Position numbers and translations under genes: made by a program. The notes beneath the pieces are model-generated. The model saw only the letters and a program-made list of their open reading frames with translations, had not been told where the DNA came from and searched no databases. Shown one piece after another: positions 20,612 through 29,912 of a stretch of DNA of 64,000 nt (position 1 is its first letter; every line of letters begins with the position of its first letter). Source of the stretch: an uncultured Bacillota bacterium (GTDB lineage Bacteria; Bacillota_I; Bacilli_A; RFN20; CAG-449). The stretch lies in the NCBI GenBank assembly GCA_905204225.1, contig CAJKZK010000001.1, forward strand, positions 4,506 through 68,505, given 5' to 3'.

Positions 20612-21964
20612 ATGTCAAATTTATTTTTCTTTAGACCCTTATTTATGTTAGAACTAATTTTAGCAGAAGCAATGTTTCTTTCAAAATTAAATATAAGAAC
20701 TAATTTTTTTATAAGATTGATTATTTCTTTGATTTTTTGCTTTGGTGTTTCTTTTATTTTACCAACAAATTTTGAAAATATTTATTATTATTCTTTTTTA
20801 TTTTTAATAATGTTTTTGGTTACTATTATAGCGAGTATGTTTTGTTTTAAAGCACCTCTTAAAAATATTTTATTTTGTGCAATTGCTGGATATACTATAC
20901 AACATATTGCTTCAGAATGTTATGAAATGTTTAATAATTATATGAACTTGATTATTGAAAAATCATTTAATTTTTATGATGCTGAAGGCACTATTGATAT
21001 AAATGCACAAAATTATTTCTTTTTATTAGTCTATTTTGCTATTTTTGTAATTATTTATGGCTTAGTATATTATTTAATTGTACCTAAAGTTGAAAAATAC
21101 AAAGTTTTACAAACTAACAATAAAGTAATATTATCTTTATCAATTTTTATTGTTTTAATTGATGTTATTATAGGAGCAATAATTTTATTTATTTTACCTG
21201 AAAAATATTTAGTGTCATTATCAAAATTAGTAAAATTTAGTGTATATTTTTTATTACATTTTTATAACATTTTATGTTGTGTTTTAGCAATAGTATTATT
21301 AATTGAGCTACCTCGCCGTAGTAGTGCGGAAAGTGATTTAATAACTGTTAATAAATTATATAAAATAGAACAATCACAATACAATTCAGTAAAAGAAAAT
21401 TTAGATTTAATTAATATTAAATGTCACGATTTAAAGCATCAAATGAGAAATATACTTAATAATAAACAAGTAGACACAAGTGAAATAAATAAAATAGAGC
21501 AAGCAATTGATATTTATGATTCTACATATAAAACAAAAAATGAAGCATTAAATATTGTATTAATGGAAAAAGGGTTAATATGTAAAAAAAATAAAATCGA
21601 ATTAACTTGTATAATAGATGCATCAAAATTATCTTTTATTAAAGATAATGATATTTATTCATTATTTGGCAATTTATTAGATAATGCGATTGAGGCAGTA
21701 AAAAATCTTGAACAAAGTAAAAGAGTAATTAGTTTGCAAATAAAGAATAGTGGAGAATTTTTAATTATAAAAACATATAATAATTATAATGGAAAAATCA
21801 ACTTTGTTAATAATTTACCAATTACAACAAAAGAAGATAAAGATTATCATGGATATGGATTAAAAAGCATTAATTATATTGTTAAATCTTATGATGGACA
21901 AATGAAAATAAAAACTAATAATCAAGTTTTTGATTTGACAATTCTTTTTCAAACAAACAAATAA
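20612..21964 (+). CDS. AgrC/HPK10-like membrane sensor histidine kinase (about 6 TM helices plus GHKL ATPase)
   Basis: N-terminal polytopic region. H-box KCHDLKHQ. C-terminal LLDNAIEA...HGYGL GHKL motifs. Translationally coupled to the upstream response regulator. Confidence 0.7.
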   Translation: MSNLFFFRPLFMLELILAEAMFLSKLNIRTNFFIRLIISLIFCFGVSFILPTNFENIYYYSFLFLIMFLVTIIASMFCFKAPLKNILFCAIAGYTIQHIASECYEMFNNYMNLIIEKSFNFYDAEGTIDINAQNYFFLLVYFAIFVIIYGLVYYLIVPKVEKYKVLQTNNKVILSLSIFIVLIDVIIGAIILFILPEKYLVSLSKLVKFSVYFLLHFYNILCCVLAIVLLIELPRRSSAESDLITVNKLYKIEQSQYNSVKENLDLINIKCHDLKHQMRNILNNKQVDTSEINKIEQAIDIYDSTYKTKNEALNIVLMEKGLICKKNKIELTCIIDASKLSFIKDNDIYSLFGNLLDNAIEAVKNLEQSKRVISLQIKNSGEFLIIKTYNNYNGKINFVNNLPITTKEDKDYHGYGLKSINYIVKSYDGQMKIKTNNQVFDLTILFQTNK

Positions 21965-21968
21965 ATAC

Positions 21969-21999
21969 CATTCACAAGATATAATAAATCATTCACAAG
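21969..21999 (+). promoter_or_regulatory. LytTR-box-like direct repeat: CATTCACAAG at 21969-21978 and 21990-21999, 21 bp between repeat starts, upstream of the 22088 lipoprotein gene
   Basis: Perfect 10-bp direct repeat read directly. This architecture is known for AgrA/ComE/PlnC operators. Confidence 0.5.
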
Positions 22000-22087
22000 T
22001 AAAGTATTTTCATTTCTTTACTTGTTTTTTATTATTAGTTCGCTTATAAAAGCAGTTTTTGTGCTTTTTAAGTAGAGGGAGGAAAAT

Positions 22088-23638
22088 ATGAAAATTAAAT
22101 CAAAACTTTTACTTTTGATTTCATTTATGTTGCCAATTTTTTCGTTAACAAGTTGTAATGAAACTCCTAAACATGTTTGTAATGAACCATGTCCAACATG
22201 TGGAGGTTGTCTTGATAATAAATGTCAAGAAGAAGCATGCTTAACAAAATGTAGTTGTGAAGTAATAGTTAAATCAGTGGATATAACAAGTATGCCGTTA
22301 AAAACAAATTATTATCCAGGAGAGATTTTTTCACCTGAAGGTTTAGTGGTTAAAGCTAATTTATCAAATGGAAAAACAAAAAAATATAGTTATAGAAAAT
22401 TTGATACTTGGACTCATAAGGACGAACCATTAACTGAAGATATTAAAAAAATCACTTTTACAATTCCGAAATATAATTTTGATTTTGATGTAGAGATTAA
22501 AGTTGAATTACCTAATGATTTATCTATTGTTGTTGATAAAAGTTTACTAAAAGAAACATATTTAACTACTGATATTATTGATTTTACAATAATAAATGTT
22601 AGAGCTAAAATTGGTGAAACAATGACTTTGCTAAAAGCTGATCAATGGAAATTATATGATGGTACAAATCTTATCGAAGATAAAACACAGGTAAGTCTAA
22701 GTGAAGGTGAACATTTAATAAAAATTGAATATGTACCAACTGTTGATTATAGTTTTACTTTAAAAATAAATGATCCAAATAATGTTATTTCTCCAGATCA
22801 TGTTGAAGCAGAAGATTGTGTTTATAATATAGACTCAAACGCACCATACACAATTAAAGAAAAAGTTGCAAATGCTCAATATCCTGATGAAAATGGTAAT
22901 TTATCAGATCAATTATTTAAAAAAATACCAAATGGAGCAAGTGGTACAGGAGCAGTTTCATCATTATCTGCATCACAAAATGGTAAGAATGTCTATTTTA
23001 AATTTAATATTAAAGTTCCTACAACTGGCGAATATGATTTATTAGCAAGAGTGCAAGGAACAGGTGAAAATCAAATTAAAAATAATTTTAAAGTTTCTAT
23101 TAATAATGGTGAAGAAATGATTTCAACAAGCACTGATACAATTCATGCTGGTAATCAAATTAAAAATCAATATGGTAAAGAAGGTTTTATTGGTTGGTAT
23201 AACATGTTTTGGTGGAATGTTGTCAATATTGGAACATATTCACTTACAAAAGGTGATAATGAAATAAAAATTACAATGCCAAAAGGATTAGGTGGAAATA
23301 TTGATTATTTTGAAGTTGTAAGTAAAGGTGAAATACATGAAACTCAATTATTTAGTATGAGAGAAGGAAGTAGAGTAAATTTATCAACAAATCCAATTTA
23401 TTTAAAATATGGTGAAAAATTAATAGATAAAGTAGCTACACCAATTGGTCACCCATGTAAATATACATTAATTTATTTAAGACTAGATGATGGTTGTGAA
23501 ATTCCTGTAACTGAAGATTTAATGAACGAAATTGATTATACCAAAACTGGTGAGCAAGAAGTAAATATAACATTTACTAAAAAAGAAAAAACATATAATG
23601 CTTCATTCAAAATAATAATTGAAGCTGAAGAAGAATAG
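22088..23638 (+). CDS. Surface lipoprotein with a Cys-rich N-terminal segment, a CBM6/CBM35-like carbohydrate-binding module and an Ig-like domain
   Basis: Lipobox LTSC. 10 Cys within about 35 aa after the signal peptide. EAEDCVY...GEYDLLARVQG...WWN...NIDYFEV jelly-roll motif shared with the next gene. Confidence 0.6.
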   Translation: MKIKSKLLLLISFMLPIFSLTSCNETPKHVCNEPCPTCGGCLDNKCQEEACLTKCSCEVIVKSVDITSMPLKTNYYPGEIFSPEGLVVKANLSNGKTKKYSYRKFDTWTHKDEPLTEDIKKITFTIPKYNFDFDVEIKVELPNDLSIVVDKSLLKETYLTTDIIDFTIINVRAKIGETMTLLKADQWKLYDGTNLIEDKTQVSLSEGEHLIKIEYVPTVDYSFTLKINDPNNVISPDHVEAEDCVYNIDSNAPYTIKEKVANAQYPDENGNLSDQLFKKIPNGASGTGAVSSLSASQNGKNVYFKFNIKVPTTGEYDLLARVQGTGENQIKNNFKVSINNGEEMISTSTDTIHAGNQIKNQYGKEGFIGWYNMFWWNVVNIGTYSLTKGDNEIKITMPKGLGGNIDYFEVVSKGEIHETQLFSMREGSRVNLSTNPIYLKYGEKLIDKVATPIGHPCKYTLIYLRLDDGCEIPVTEDLMNEIDYTKTGEQEVNITFTKKEKTYNASFKIIIEAEEE

Positions 23639-23648
23639 AGGAAAAAAT

Positions 23649-23780
23649 ATGGAAAAAAATATGTATTACACTCCAATTATAAGTGTAAAGAAAATTAATT
23701 TAGATGATGTAATTTGTGTCTCTTTTGATACAAAAGATGAAAATAACATTTATCAAAATGTTGATGTAACATTGGATTAA
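23649..23780 (+). CDS. Unannotated 43-aa ORF (MEKNMYYTPIISVKKINLDDVICVSFDTKDENNIYQNVDVTLD) with strong RBS AGAGGA, exactly filling the gap between the two CBM-protein genes
   Basis: ATG 8 nt after the RBS. Has a homologue at 33343-33480. No signal peptide. Confidence 0.4.
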   Translation: MEKNMYYTPIISVKKINLDDVICVSFDTKDENNIYQNVDVTLD

Positions 23781-23794
23781 GATGAGGTTATAAA

Positions 23795-26032
23795 ATGAAA
23801 AAATATAATAAATTAATGATATTATCATTATCAATGTTAATGATGATACCTTCAATAATTGTTAATAATGAAAACTCATTAATATGTTCTACAACTGATG
23901 TATTTAATGAAAAAGCACATATTGAAACAAGATTACTTAATCAATTAACTGATACTAATGAAACTGTAAAATGTTCTAATATGTATGTACAATATGGTTA
24001 TGATGGAACTAATTATTATTTAAGATACGCTACTGCAATTAAAGGTGATATTGAAACATTAAATTACAAAATGTTTATTAATGATGAAGAATATATTGCT
24101 GGAGAAAAAAATGCAGATGTTTTATACAAAAGCATATTATCTAATGGTACTAGACAATATTATAATGGTAACGAATTAACAACTACTCCAACTGAATATT
24201 TATGGACTTGCTATACTATAAAATTTGCTAGTGAAAAACATCAAGCAGATAATATAGCTGTTTATTTAAATATAAATAATGCAAACACTGTTTCTAAATC
24301 AACATCATTATTAGAAGAAATGAATGTTGAACCAGATCATATTGAAGCAGAAGATTGTGTTTATTTACTTGAAAATGATAATAAATACACTTTAAGTGAA
24401 GCTTCAGCAAATGCTCAATATCCTGATGAAAATGGTAATTTATCAGATCAATTATTTAAACAAATACCAAATGGAGCAAGTGGTAAAGGTGCAGTTTCTT
24501 CATTATCTAAAGGACAAAATGGTACAAAAGTATATTTTGAATTTACTGTTAACGCTCCAACTTCTGGAGAATATGAACTTTTAGCGAGAGTACAAGGAAC
24601 AGGTGAAAGCTCAATTAATGGATTATTTAATGTAAGTATTAATGGTGAAGAAGGAACTTTAAATACTTCAAATGATAAAATACTTAAAGGTAATCAATTA
24701 AAAGAACAATATAACACATCTAGTGATTATTTGAGTTGGTATAACATGTTTTGGTGGAATATGGTTAATATTGGAACATATTCTTTAAATAAAGGTGAAA
24801 ACACAATAAAAATCACATTGCCTAATGGATTAAGTGGTAATATTGATTATTTTGAAATTCAAAACAAAAATAGTGCAAAAACATCTAAAATTTTCAGTTT
24901 TAGAGAAGGATCAAGAAATGAATTATCAACAAATAATGGATTAACTTTAATTGAAAATGGATTATTATCTGATAAGTCTGGTACTCCAGCAAATCACCCT
25001 TGTAAATATACTTTAATGTATATAAGATTATTAGATGGTAGTGAACACCCAATTACTGAAGAAATGTTAACTAATTATAGTAATATTGATTATACAAAAG
25101 TTGACCAAGAACAAATTGTAACAATTAATTATAAAGAAAATACAGCGTCTTTTAAATTATTTATTGTTAAAGAAAATTATGATATTTATGAAGCAGAAGA
25201 TAATGTTTATAAGTATAAAAATGGAGAAGAAACCACAAATAAATATGCTTCAGTTAACAATTTAACTAATATAGAATATTATGAAAATGAAACATTAAAG
25301 TCAGAACAAACTAAAGATGGCTCAAGCAATAAAAAAGTTATAGCTTTAGGTGCAGGTGCTAGCAATCATGGTAAAGAAGTTTTCTTTAAATTTGAAGTAA
25401 ATGTACAAGAAACAAAAGATTATTATTTATTTTCAAGATTACAATCTTCAAATGAAAATGATTTGATTAATTGTTTTGAAATTAATATAAATGAAGAAAA
25501 AGATGAAAATGGAAAATTAAAATATTATAAAAATAATTATAGTCAAATTCCTTCATTATGTAATCAAACAACAACATTTAATAATGTATGGAATAATGCA
25601 ATGTGGTTTGGTATGGCAAATTTAGGAAAAATTCATTTAACTAAAGGAAACAATATAATTAGAGTTCGTATGCCAAATGGAATAAGTGCGAATATTGATT
25701 TCTTCCAAGTTAGAGAAACAGATTCATTTGGTGCAAATTTATTTACAGTAAGAGATGGATCACATACTAAACTTGATTCATTAACACTTGAAAAAAATCA
25801 AAAAATTACTGATATTATTTCAACTCCTAGTGCACACCCATATCAATATACATTAATGTATTTAAGATTACCAAATGGTAATGAGTATCCTGTTGTTACA
25901 AAACCTAGCGAAGGAACAAATGTAAATTATGTTGGTGTTTTAAGTGATATTGATTATACTTTATCTTCTCAAAAAGTCACCGTTACTAACGGAAATTACA
26001 AATTATCATTTACTTTAAATATAAATTTATAG
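23795..26032 (+). CDS. Secreted surface protein with two CBM6/CBM35-like modules and Ig-like domains (paralogue of the 22088 gene)
   Basis: Signal peptide. Two copies of the EAED...YxLxxRxQ...WxN...NIDxF module, the first closely similar to the 22088 protein. Confidence 0.6.
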   Translation: MKKYNKLMILSLSMLMMIPSIIVNNENSLICSTTDVFNEKAHIETRLLNQLTDTNETVKCSNMYVQYGYDGTNYYLRYATAIKGDIETLNYKMFINDEEYIAGEKNADVLYKSILSNGTRQYYNGNELTTTPTEYLWTCYTIKFASEKHQADNIAVYLNINNANTVSKSTSLLEEMNVEPDHIEAEDCVYLLENDNKYTLSEASANAQYPDENGNLSDQLFKQIPNGASGKGAVSSLSKGQNGTKVYFEFTVNAPTSGEYELLARVQGTGESSINGLFNVSINGEEGTLNTSNDKILKGNQLKEQYNTSSDYLSWYNMFWWNMVNIGTYSLNKGENTIKITLPNGLSGNIDYFEIQNKNSAKTSKIFSFREGSRNELSTNNGLTLIENGLLSDKSGTPANHPCKYTLMYIRLLDGSEHPITEEMLTNYSNIDYTKVDQEQIVTINYKENTASFKLFIVKENYDIYEAEDNVYKYKNGEETTNKYASVNNLTNIEYYENETLKSEQTKDGSSNKKVIALGAGASNHGKEVFFKFEVNVQETKDYYLFSRLQSSNENDLINCFEININEEKDENGKLKYYKNNYSQIPSLCNQTTTFNNVWNNAMWFGMANLGKIHLTKGNNIIRVRMPNGISANIDFFQVRETDSFGANLFTVRDGSHTKLDSLTLEKNQKITDIISTPSAHPYQYTLMYLRLPNGNEYPVVTKPSEGTNVNYVGVLSDIDYTLSSQKVTVTNGNYKLSFTLNINL

Positions 26033-26040
26033 GTTTAAAT

Positions 26041-29000
26041 ATGGAAAAATCACTTTTAAGAAAAGTAATTATTTTACCTTGCATGGCCGTAATATTAGCT
26101 GGCCTTGCAGTAGGTAATTACGAATGTTATATTCATGAAAATGAAATTACATCTCAACTTGTTCCTGCTAAAATAACTTATGATAATTCAAAATTATCAG
26201 AAGCACAAATGGCGGCAGGTAATGTTGTCAATCAAATAGCTCAAGAAGGTATGACATTAATGAAAAATGATGGAACATTACCTTTAGAAATTGATGAAGA
26301 CGATGAAGATGGTTATCCAATCAATTTATTTGGAATAGGAAGTACTGATGCCGAAAATGGCTTTTACTTATTTGGTGGTGGCTCTGGTTCTGTAACTTTA
26401 TATGATAAAGATAAAGTTACTTTACAACAAGGAATTGAACAAGCTGGCTTTGAAGTTAATACTTCCTTACTAAATTTCTTTAAAGAAGAAGGAGAAAATC
26501 CTAAAGAAAGTTGGTGGGAAAAAGAACAAAATATTCTTAAATCAGCAAAAGCATTTTCTGATACAGCTGTAGTAACTATATCAAGATTTACTGGTGAAAA
26601 TTGTGATGCTGATGAAAATACAACTGATCAAACTTCATATTCATTTAGTAAACCTTATCAAGCATCTTATAATGATAATGATTTAGATGGTAGAAATTTT
26701 TGTCAATTATCATTAAGAGAAGAAGCTATGTTAAAGTGGGTTAGCAATAATTTTGGTGAAGTAATAGTTTTAATCAATAGTGGAAACATGATGGAATTAG
26801 GTTTTTTAGACAATCCTAAAATTAATGCTATTTTGTATACTTCATATCCAGGAAAATCTGGAACAAAAGCAATAGGAGATATTCTAGCTGGAAAAGTAAA
26901 TCCAAGTGGACATTTAACTGATACTTTTGTTTATGATACCAAAAGTGATCCAACATGGGCTAATGTTATTGCTAAAAAAGATAATGGTACACAAATTCAC
27001 TATGTAGAAGATATTTATACTGGGTATAGATGGTATGAAACAGCTGACAAAGAAGGATATTTTAATTCTATTGGTAAAAACTATAATGAAGTTGTTTTTA
27101 GACCATTTGGATATGGATTATCTTATACAACATTTGAATGGAATTTTAAAAATATTTCTTTTAAAAATGGTGATACAATTATACCAGCAATTAATGGAGA
27201 TAATGTTAAAGATAAAGATACAAAAATTTTAATTCAGGTTGAAGTAAAAAATACTGGATTAGTCGCTGGTAAAGATGTTGTTCAATTATATTACACCGCA
27301 CCATACACAAAAGGTGGTATTGAAAAAGCGTATGTTAATTTAGTTGCATTTGAAAAAACAGAGATGCTATATCCACTTTCTCAATCAAGTGAAGACAAGC
27401 CGAATAGTCAAATTTTGTCTTTAGAATTTAGCTTGTATGATATGGCAAGTTATGATGCTTATGATAAAAATAAAAATAATTTTACAGGGTATGAACTTGA
27501 AAAAGGTGAATATCAATTAAAATTACAAAATAATGCTCATGAATTAAATAAGTGTGAAAATAGTACTATTAAAATAAATTTAACTAATGATTTAAAATGG
27601 GATAAAGATCCAAATACAAATGGAACTATAAAAAATAGATTTACAGGTTCGACAGCTGAAAACAATATTCCAATTGATGGTAATAATAATGGTGAAAAAA
27701 TAACATATTTGTCAAGAGCAGATTTTTTATCAACATTTCCAAAAACAACTACTCCAAATAGAACTTCAGGAGCAGATTCTACTAAAGATGGAACTTATGT
27801 TACAGATGAAGAATATTATAAAGATATTACAATGCCAACTTTAAATAGTACTGAAACAAATTTATTATTATATACTTTAGAAAATGGTGAAAAAGCGTCA
27901 ACTAATGATTTAAGTGGATATACAAACAATAAAATAATTCCTAACGAAGAATTAATTTTAAAATTAGGTGAAAACTATGATGCACCTGAATGGGAACAAT
28001 TATTGAATCAATTATCATATATAGAAATAGTTGATATTGTTGCTCGTTGTAGTTGTGGAACAGCTCCAGCTGAATCTATTGGAAAACCTAAAACAAGAGT
28101 TTTTGATGGACCTCAAGGAATTAACAATTCAACACTTTCTCCAGAACAATTAGCTGATGTAACTGCATTTCCAGCTGAAACTTTAGTAGGTATGACTTTT
28201 AACAAAGAACTTGCTAGATTAGAAGGTGCGGCAATGGCAACTGAAGCTTCATTAACAGGAACAATAGGAATATATGCTCCAGCAGTTGATTTGCATCGTC
28301 ATGCTTATAATGGTAGAAATTATGAACAATATAGTGAAGATCCTTATTTATGTGGAATTATGGGTGGTAAAATGGCAACAGGTGCTATTACACATGGTTG
28401 TCAAGTCTCTATAAAACATTTTGTTTGTTCTCAACCTGGAAGAAATCCTAGAGACTATAATACATGGTTAACAGAACAAAATTTAAGAGAAAATTATCTA
28501 AAACCGTTTGAAATTGCTATTAAAGAAAGTAAAGCAAATTTCTTGATGACATCATTTAATAACATAGGCGGAGTAAGATGTGCTTATTCTTATCAATTGT
28601 TAAATGGAGTATTAAGAGAAGAATGGGGATTCAAAGGATCAATTATTACGGATTATGATGTTAATAGTGCATCAAGAACTACTGCAAATTTAATTAGATC
28701 TGGTAATGATTTAAGATTCCAAGGAAGTGTTGCTAATAGAGCAGAACTTGATAAAAACAATGTAGTTGATGTTTATTTAGCTAGACAATCTGTAAAAAGA
28801 GACTTATGGTCATTTTGTAATACATATTATAGAACTAAAAATTATGATCCAAATTACACGTCAACAAATGTTATTGTCACTCAACCATTTGTATGGTGGA
28901 TAATGGTAGTAATAATGATAGATGTGATAATTATAGGTGGAATTGGTGTAGGAATTTTCTTCTTATTTAAGCCAAAGAAAAAAGCACTAGTAAATAATAT

Positions 29001-29193
29001 TGAGACAGATAGTTCTCAAGAAAAATCTGAACATAAATTTTTATACAAAAAGAAAGAAAATCTTTCTTCAACTAGCGCTCAAAATGTTGTAATTGATAAT
29101 AACCAAGAAAAATTTTCTATATCAAAAAAAGATTATGAAGAACTCATTGATTTAATTGATAAATTACAAGATAAATTAAAAAAATTAAAATAA
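26041..29193 (+). CDS. Glycoside hydrolase family 3 (beta-glucosidase/xylosidase-like) with permuted domain order and N- and C-terminal TM anchors
   Basis: GH3 C-domain-like region first (MKNDGTLPL, VNPSGHL, FGYGLSYTTF), then GH3 N-domain motifs (KHF, GFKGSIITDYD with catalytic Asp). One TM helix near each terminus. Confidence 0.65.
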   Translation: MEKSLLRKVIILPCMAVILAGLAVGNYECYIHENEITSQLVPAKITYDNSKLSEAQMAAGNVVNQIAQEGMTLMKNDGTLPLEIDEDDEDGYPINLFGIGSTDAENGFYLFGGGSGSVTLYDKDKVTLQQGIEQAGFEVNTSLLNFFKEEGENPKESWWEKEQNILKSAKAFSDTAVVTISRFTGENCDADENTTDQTSYSFSKPYQASYNDNDLDGRNFCQLSLREEAMLKWVSNNFGEVIVLINSGNMMELGFLDNPKINAILYTSYPGKSGTKAIGDILAGKVNPSGHLTDTFVYDTKSDPTWANVIAKKDNGTQIHYVEDIYTGYRWYETADKEGYFNSIGKNYNEVVFRPFGYGLSYTTFEWNFKNISFKNGDTIIPAINGDNVKDKDTKILIQVEVKNTGLVAGKDVVQLYYTAPYTKGGIEKAYVNLVAFEKTEMLYPLSQSSEDKPNSQILSLEFSLYDMASYDAYDKNKNNFTGYELEKGEYQLKLQNNAHELNKCENSTIKINLTNDLKWDKDPNTNGTIKNRFTGSTAENNIPIDGNNNGEKITYLSRADFLSTFPKTTTPNRTSGADSTKDGTYVTDEEYYKDITMPTLNSTETNLLLYTLENGEKASTNDLSGYTNNKIIPNEELILKLGENYDAPEWEQLLNQLSYIEIVDIVARCSCGTAPAESIGKPKTRVFDGPQGINNSTLSPEQLADVTAFPAETLVGMTFNKELARLEGAAMATEASLTGTIGIYAPAVDLHRHAYNGRNYEQYSEDPYLCGIMGGKMATGAITHGCQVSIKHFVCSQPGRNPRDYNTWLTEQNLRENYLKPFEIAIKESKANFLMTSFNNIGGVRCAYSYQLLNGVLREEWGFKGSIITDYDVNSASRTTANLIRSGNDLRFQGSVANRAELDKNNVVDVYLARQSVKRDLWSFCNTYYRTKNYDPNYTSTNVIVTQPFVWWIMVVIMIDVIIIGGIGVGIFFLFKPKKKALVNNIETDSSQEKSEHKFLYKKKENLSSTSAQNVVIDNNQEKFSISKKDYEELIDLIDKLQDKLKKLK

Positions 29194-29198
29194 TTGTA

Positions 29199-29225
29199 TA
29201 AAACGCACTTTGGTGCGTTTTTATT
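29199..29225 (+). terminator. Rho-independent terminator after the GH3 gene. This is copy 2 of the duplicated 35-nt element (one loop base differs from the copy at 19793).
   Basis: aaaacgcactttggtgcgtttttattatgcttaaa, read directly from the sequence. Confidence 0.8.
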
Positions 29226-29365
29226 ATGCTTAAACTAAATATTATAATTTAGAAAAACAAACAAAAGAAATAAAATATGAAATTGTTAAAACTAGTAGTT
29301 ATATTGCAACTGCTGAAGAAATAATTCTTCAACCATTAAATTAATTCAAAAAATTATAAAATTTA

Positions 29366-29394
29366 TTGATTTACTTGTTAAATTAGAATAATAT
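29366..29394 (+). promoter_or_regulatory. Promoter for rplM-rpsI (TTGATT, 17-bp spacer, TAATAT), followed by a leader with hairpin TTGGCActtaTTGCCAA (possible L13 leader)
   Basis: Hexamers and spacing read directly. Confidence 0.45.
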
Positions 29395-29459
29395 ATTTAT
29401 TGGCACTTATTGCCAATTGTAGTCCCGGTAAGACAGACAATTGCAAGGAGATTAAAATT

Positions 29460-29900
29460 ATGCAAAGACAAACAACAATTGCTAATGCTAAAACTGTAAC
29501 ACGTAAGTGGTACGTAATTGATGCAACAAACCTCCCATTAGGACGTTTAGCATCAGAAGTTGCTAGATATTTAACTGGCAAAAATAAAGCTATCTATACA
29601 CCAAATGTAGACTGTGGTGATTACATCATTGTCATTAACGCTGGTAAAGTTGCTTTATCTGGTGACGCTGAATACAAGAAGACATATTATAATGCTTCTG
29701 GTTGGGCTAGAGGAATCAGATCAAGAACTGCTGGAGTTATGAAAAGAGAATTCCCAGTTGAAATGGTTGAAAGAGCTGTTCACGGTATGTTACCTAAGGG
29801 TCGTTTAGGTAGACAAATTGAAAAGAAATTATTTGTCTATGAAGGTAATGAACATAAACAAGTTGCACAAAACCCAGAAGTGTTAACTTTAAAATTCTAG
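29460..29900 (+). CDS. rplM: 50S ribosomal protein L13. Start taken at the ATG at 29460 (MQRQTT), after RBS AAGGAG.
   Basis: L13 sequence. The track ORF is extended upstream. Confidence 0.93.
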   Translation: MQRQTTIANAKTVTRKWYVIDATNLPLGRLASEVARYLTGKNKAIYTPNVDCGDYIIVINAGKVALSGDAEYKKTYYNASGWARGIRSRTAGVMKREFPVEMVERAVHGMLPKGRLGRQIEKKLFVYEGNEHKQVAQNPEVLTLKF

Positions 29901-29912
29901 GAGGAATGAACA

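Noticed and set aside
24396-24584. Short same-strand alternate-frame ORFs within large genes (24396-24584, 27035-27232, 46645-46947, 47260-47484, 31073-31486 minus, 37612-37935 minus, 43089-43331 minus, 48874-49239 minus, 33571-33816 minus, 59735-60067, 60995-61177, 61127-61354 minus, 62459-62659, 63728-63970)
   Set aside because: Nested in other frames of convincingly coding genes. Low-complexity translations.
29226-29365. 15-aa ORF (MKLLKLVVILQLLKK) upstream of the rplM promoter
   Set aside because: Too short, no RBS, hydrophobic low-complexity sequence. Probably chance.
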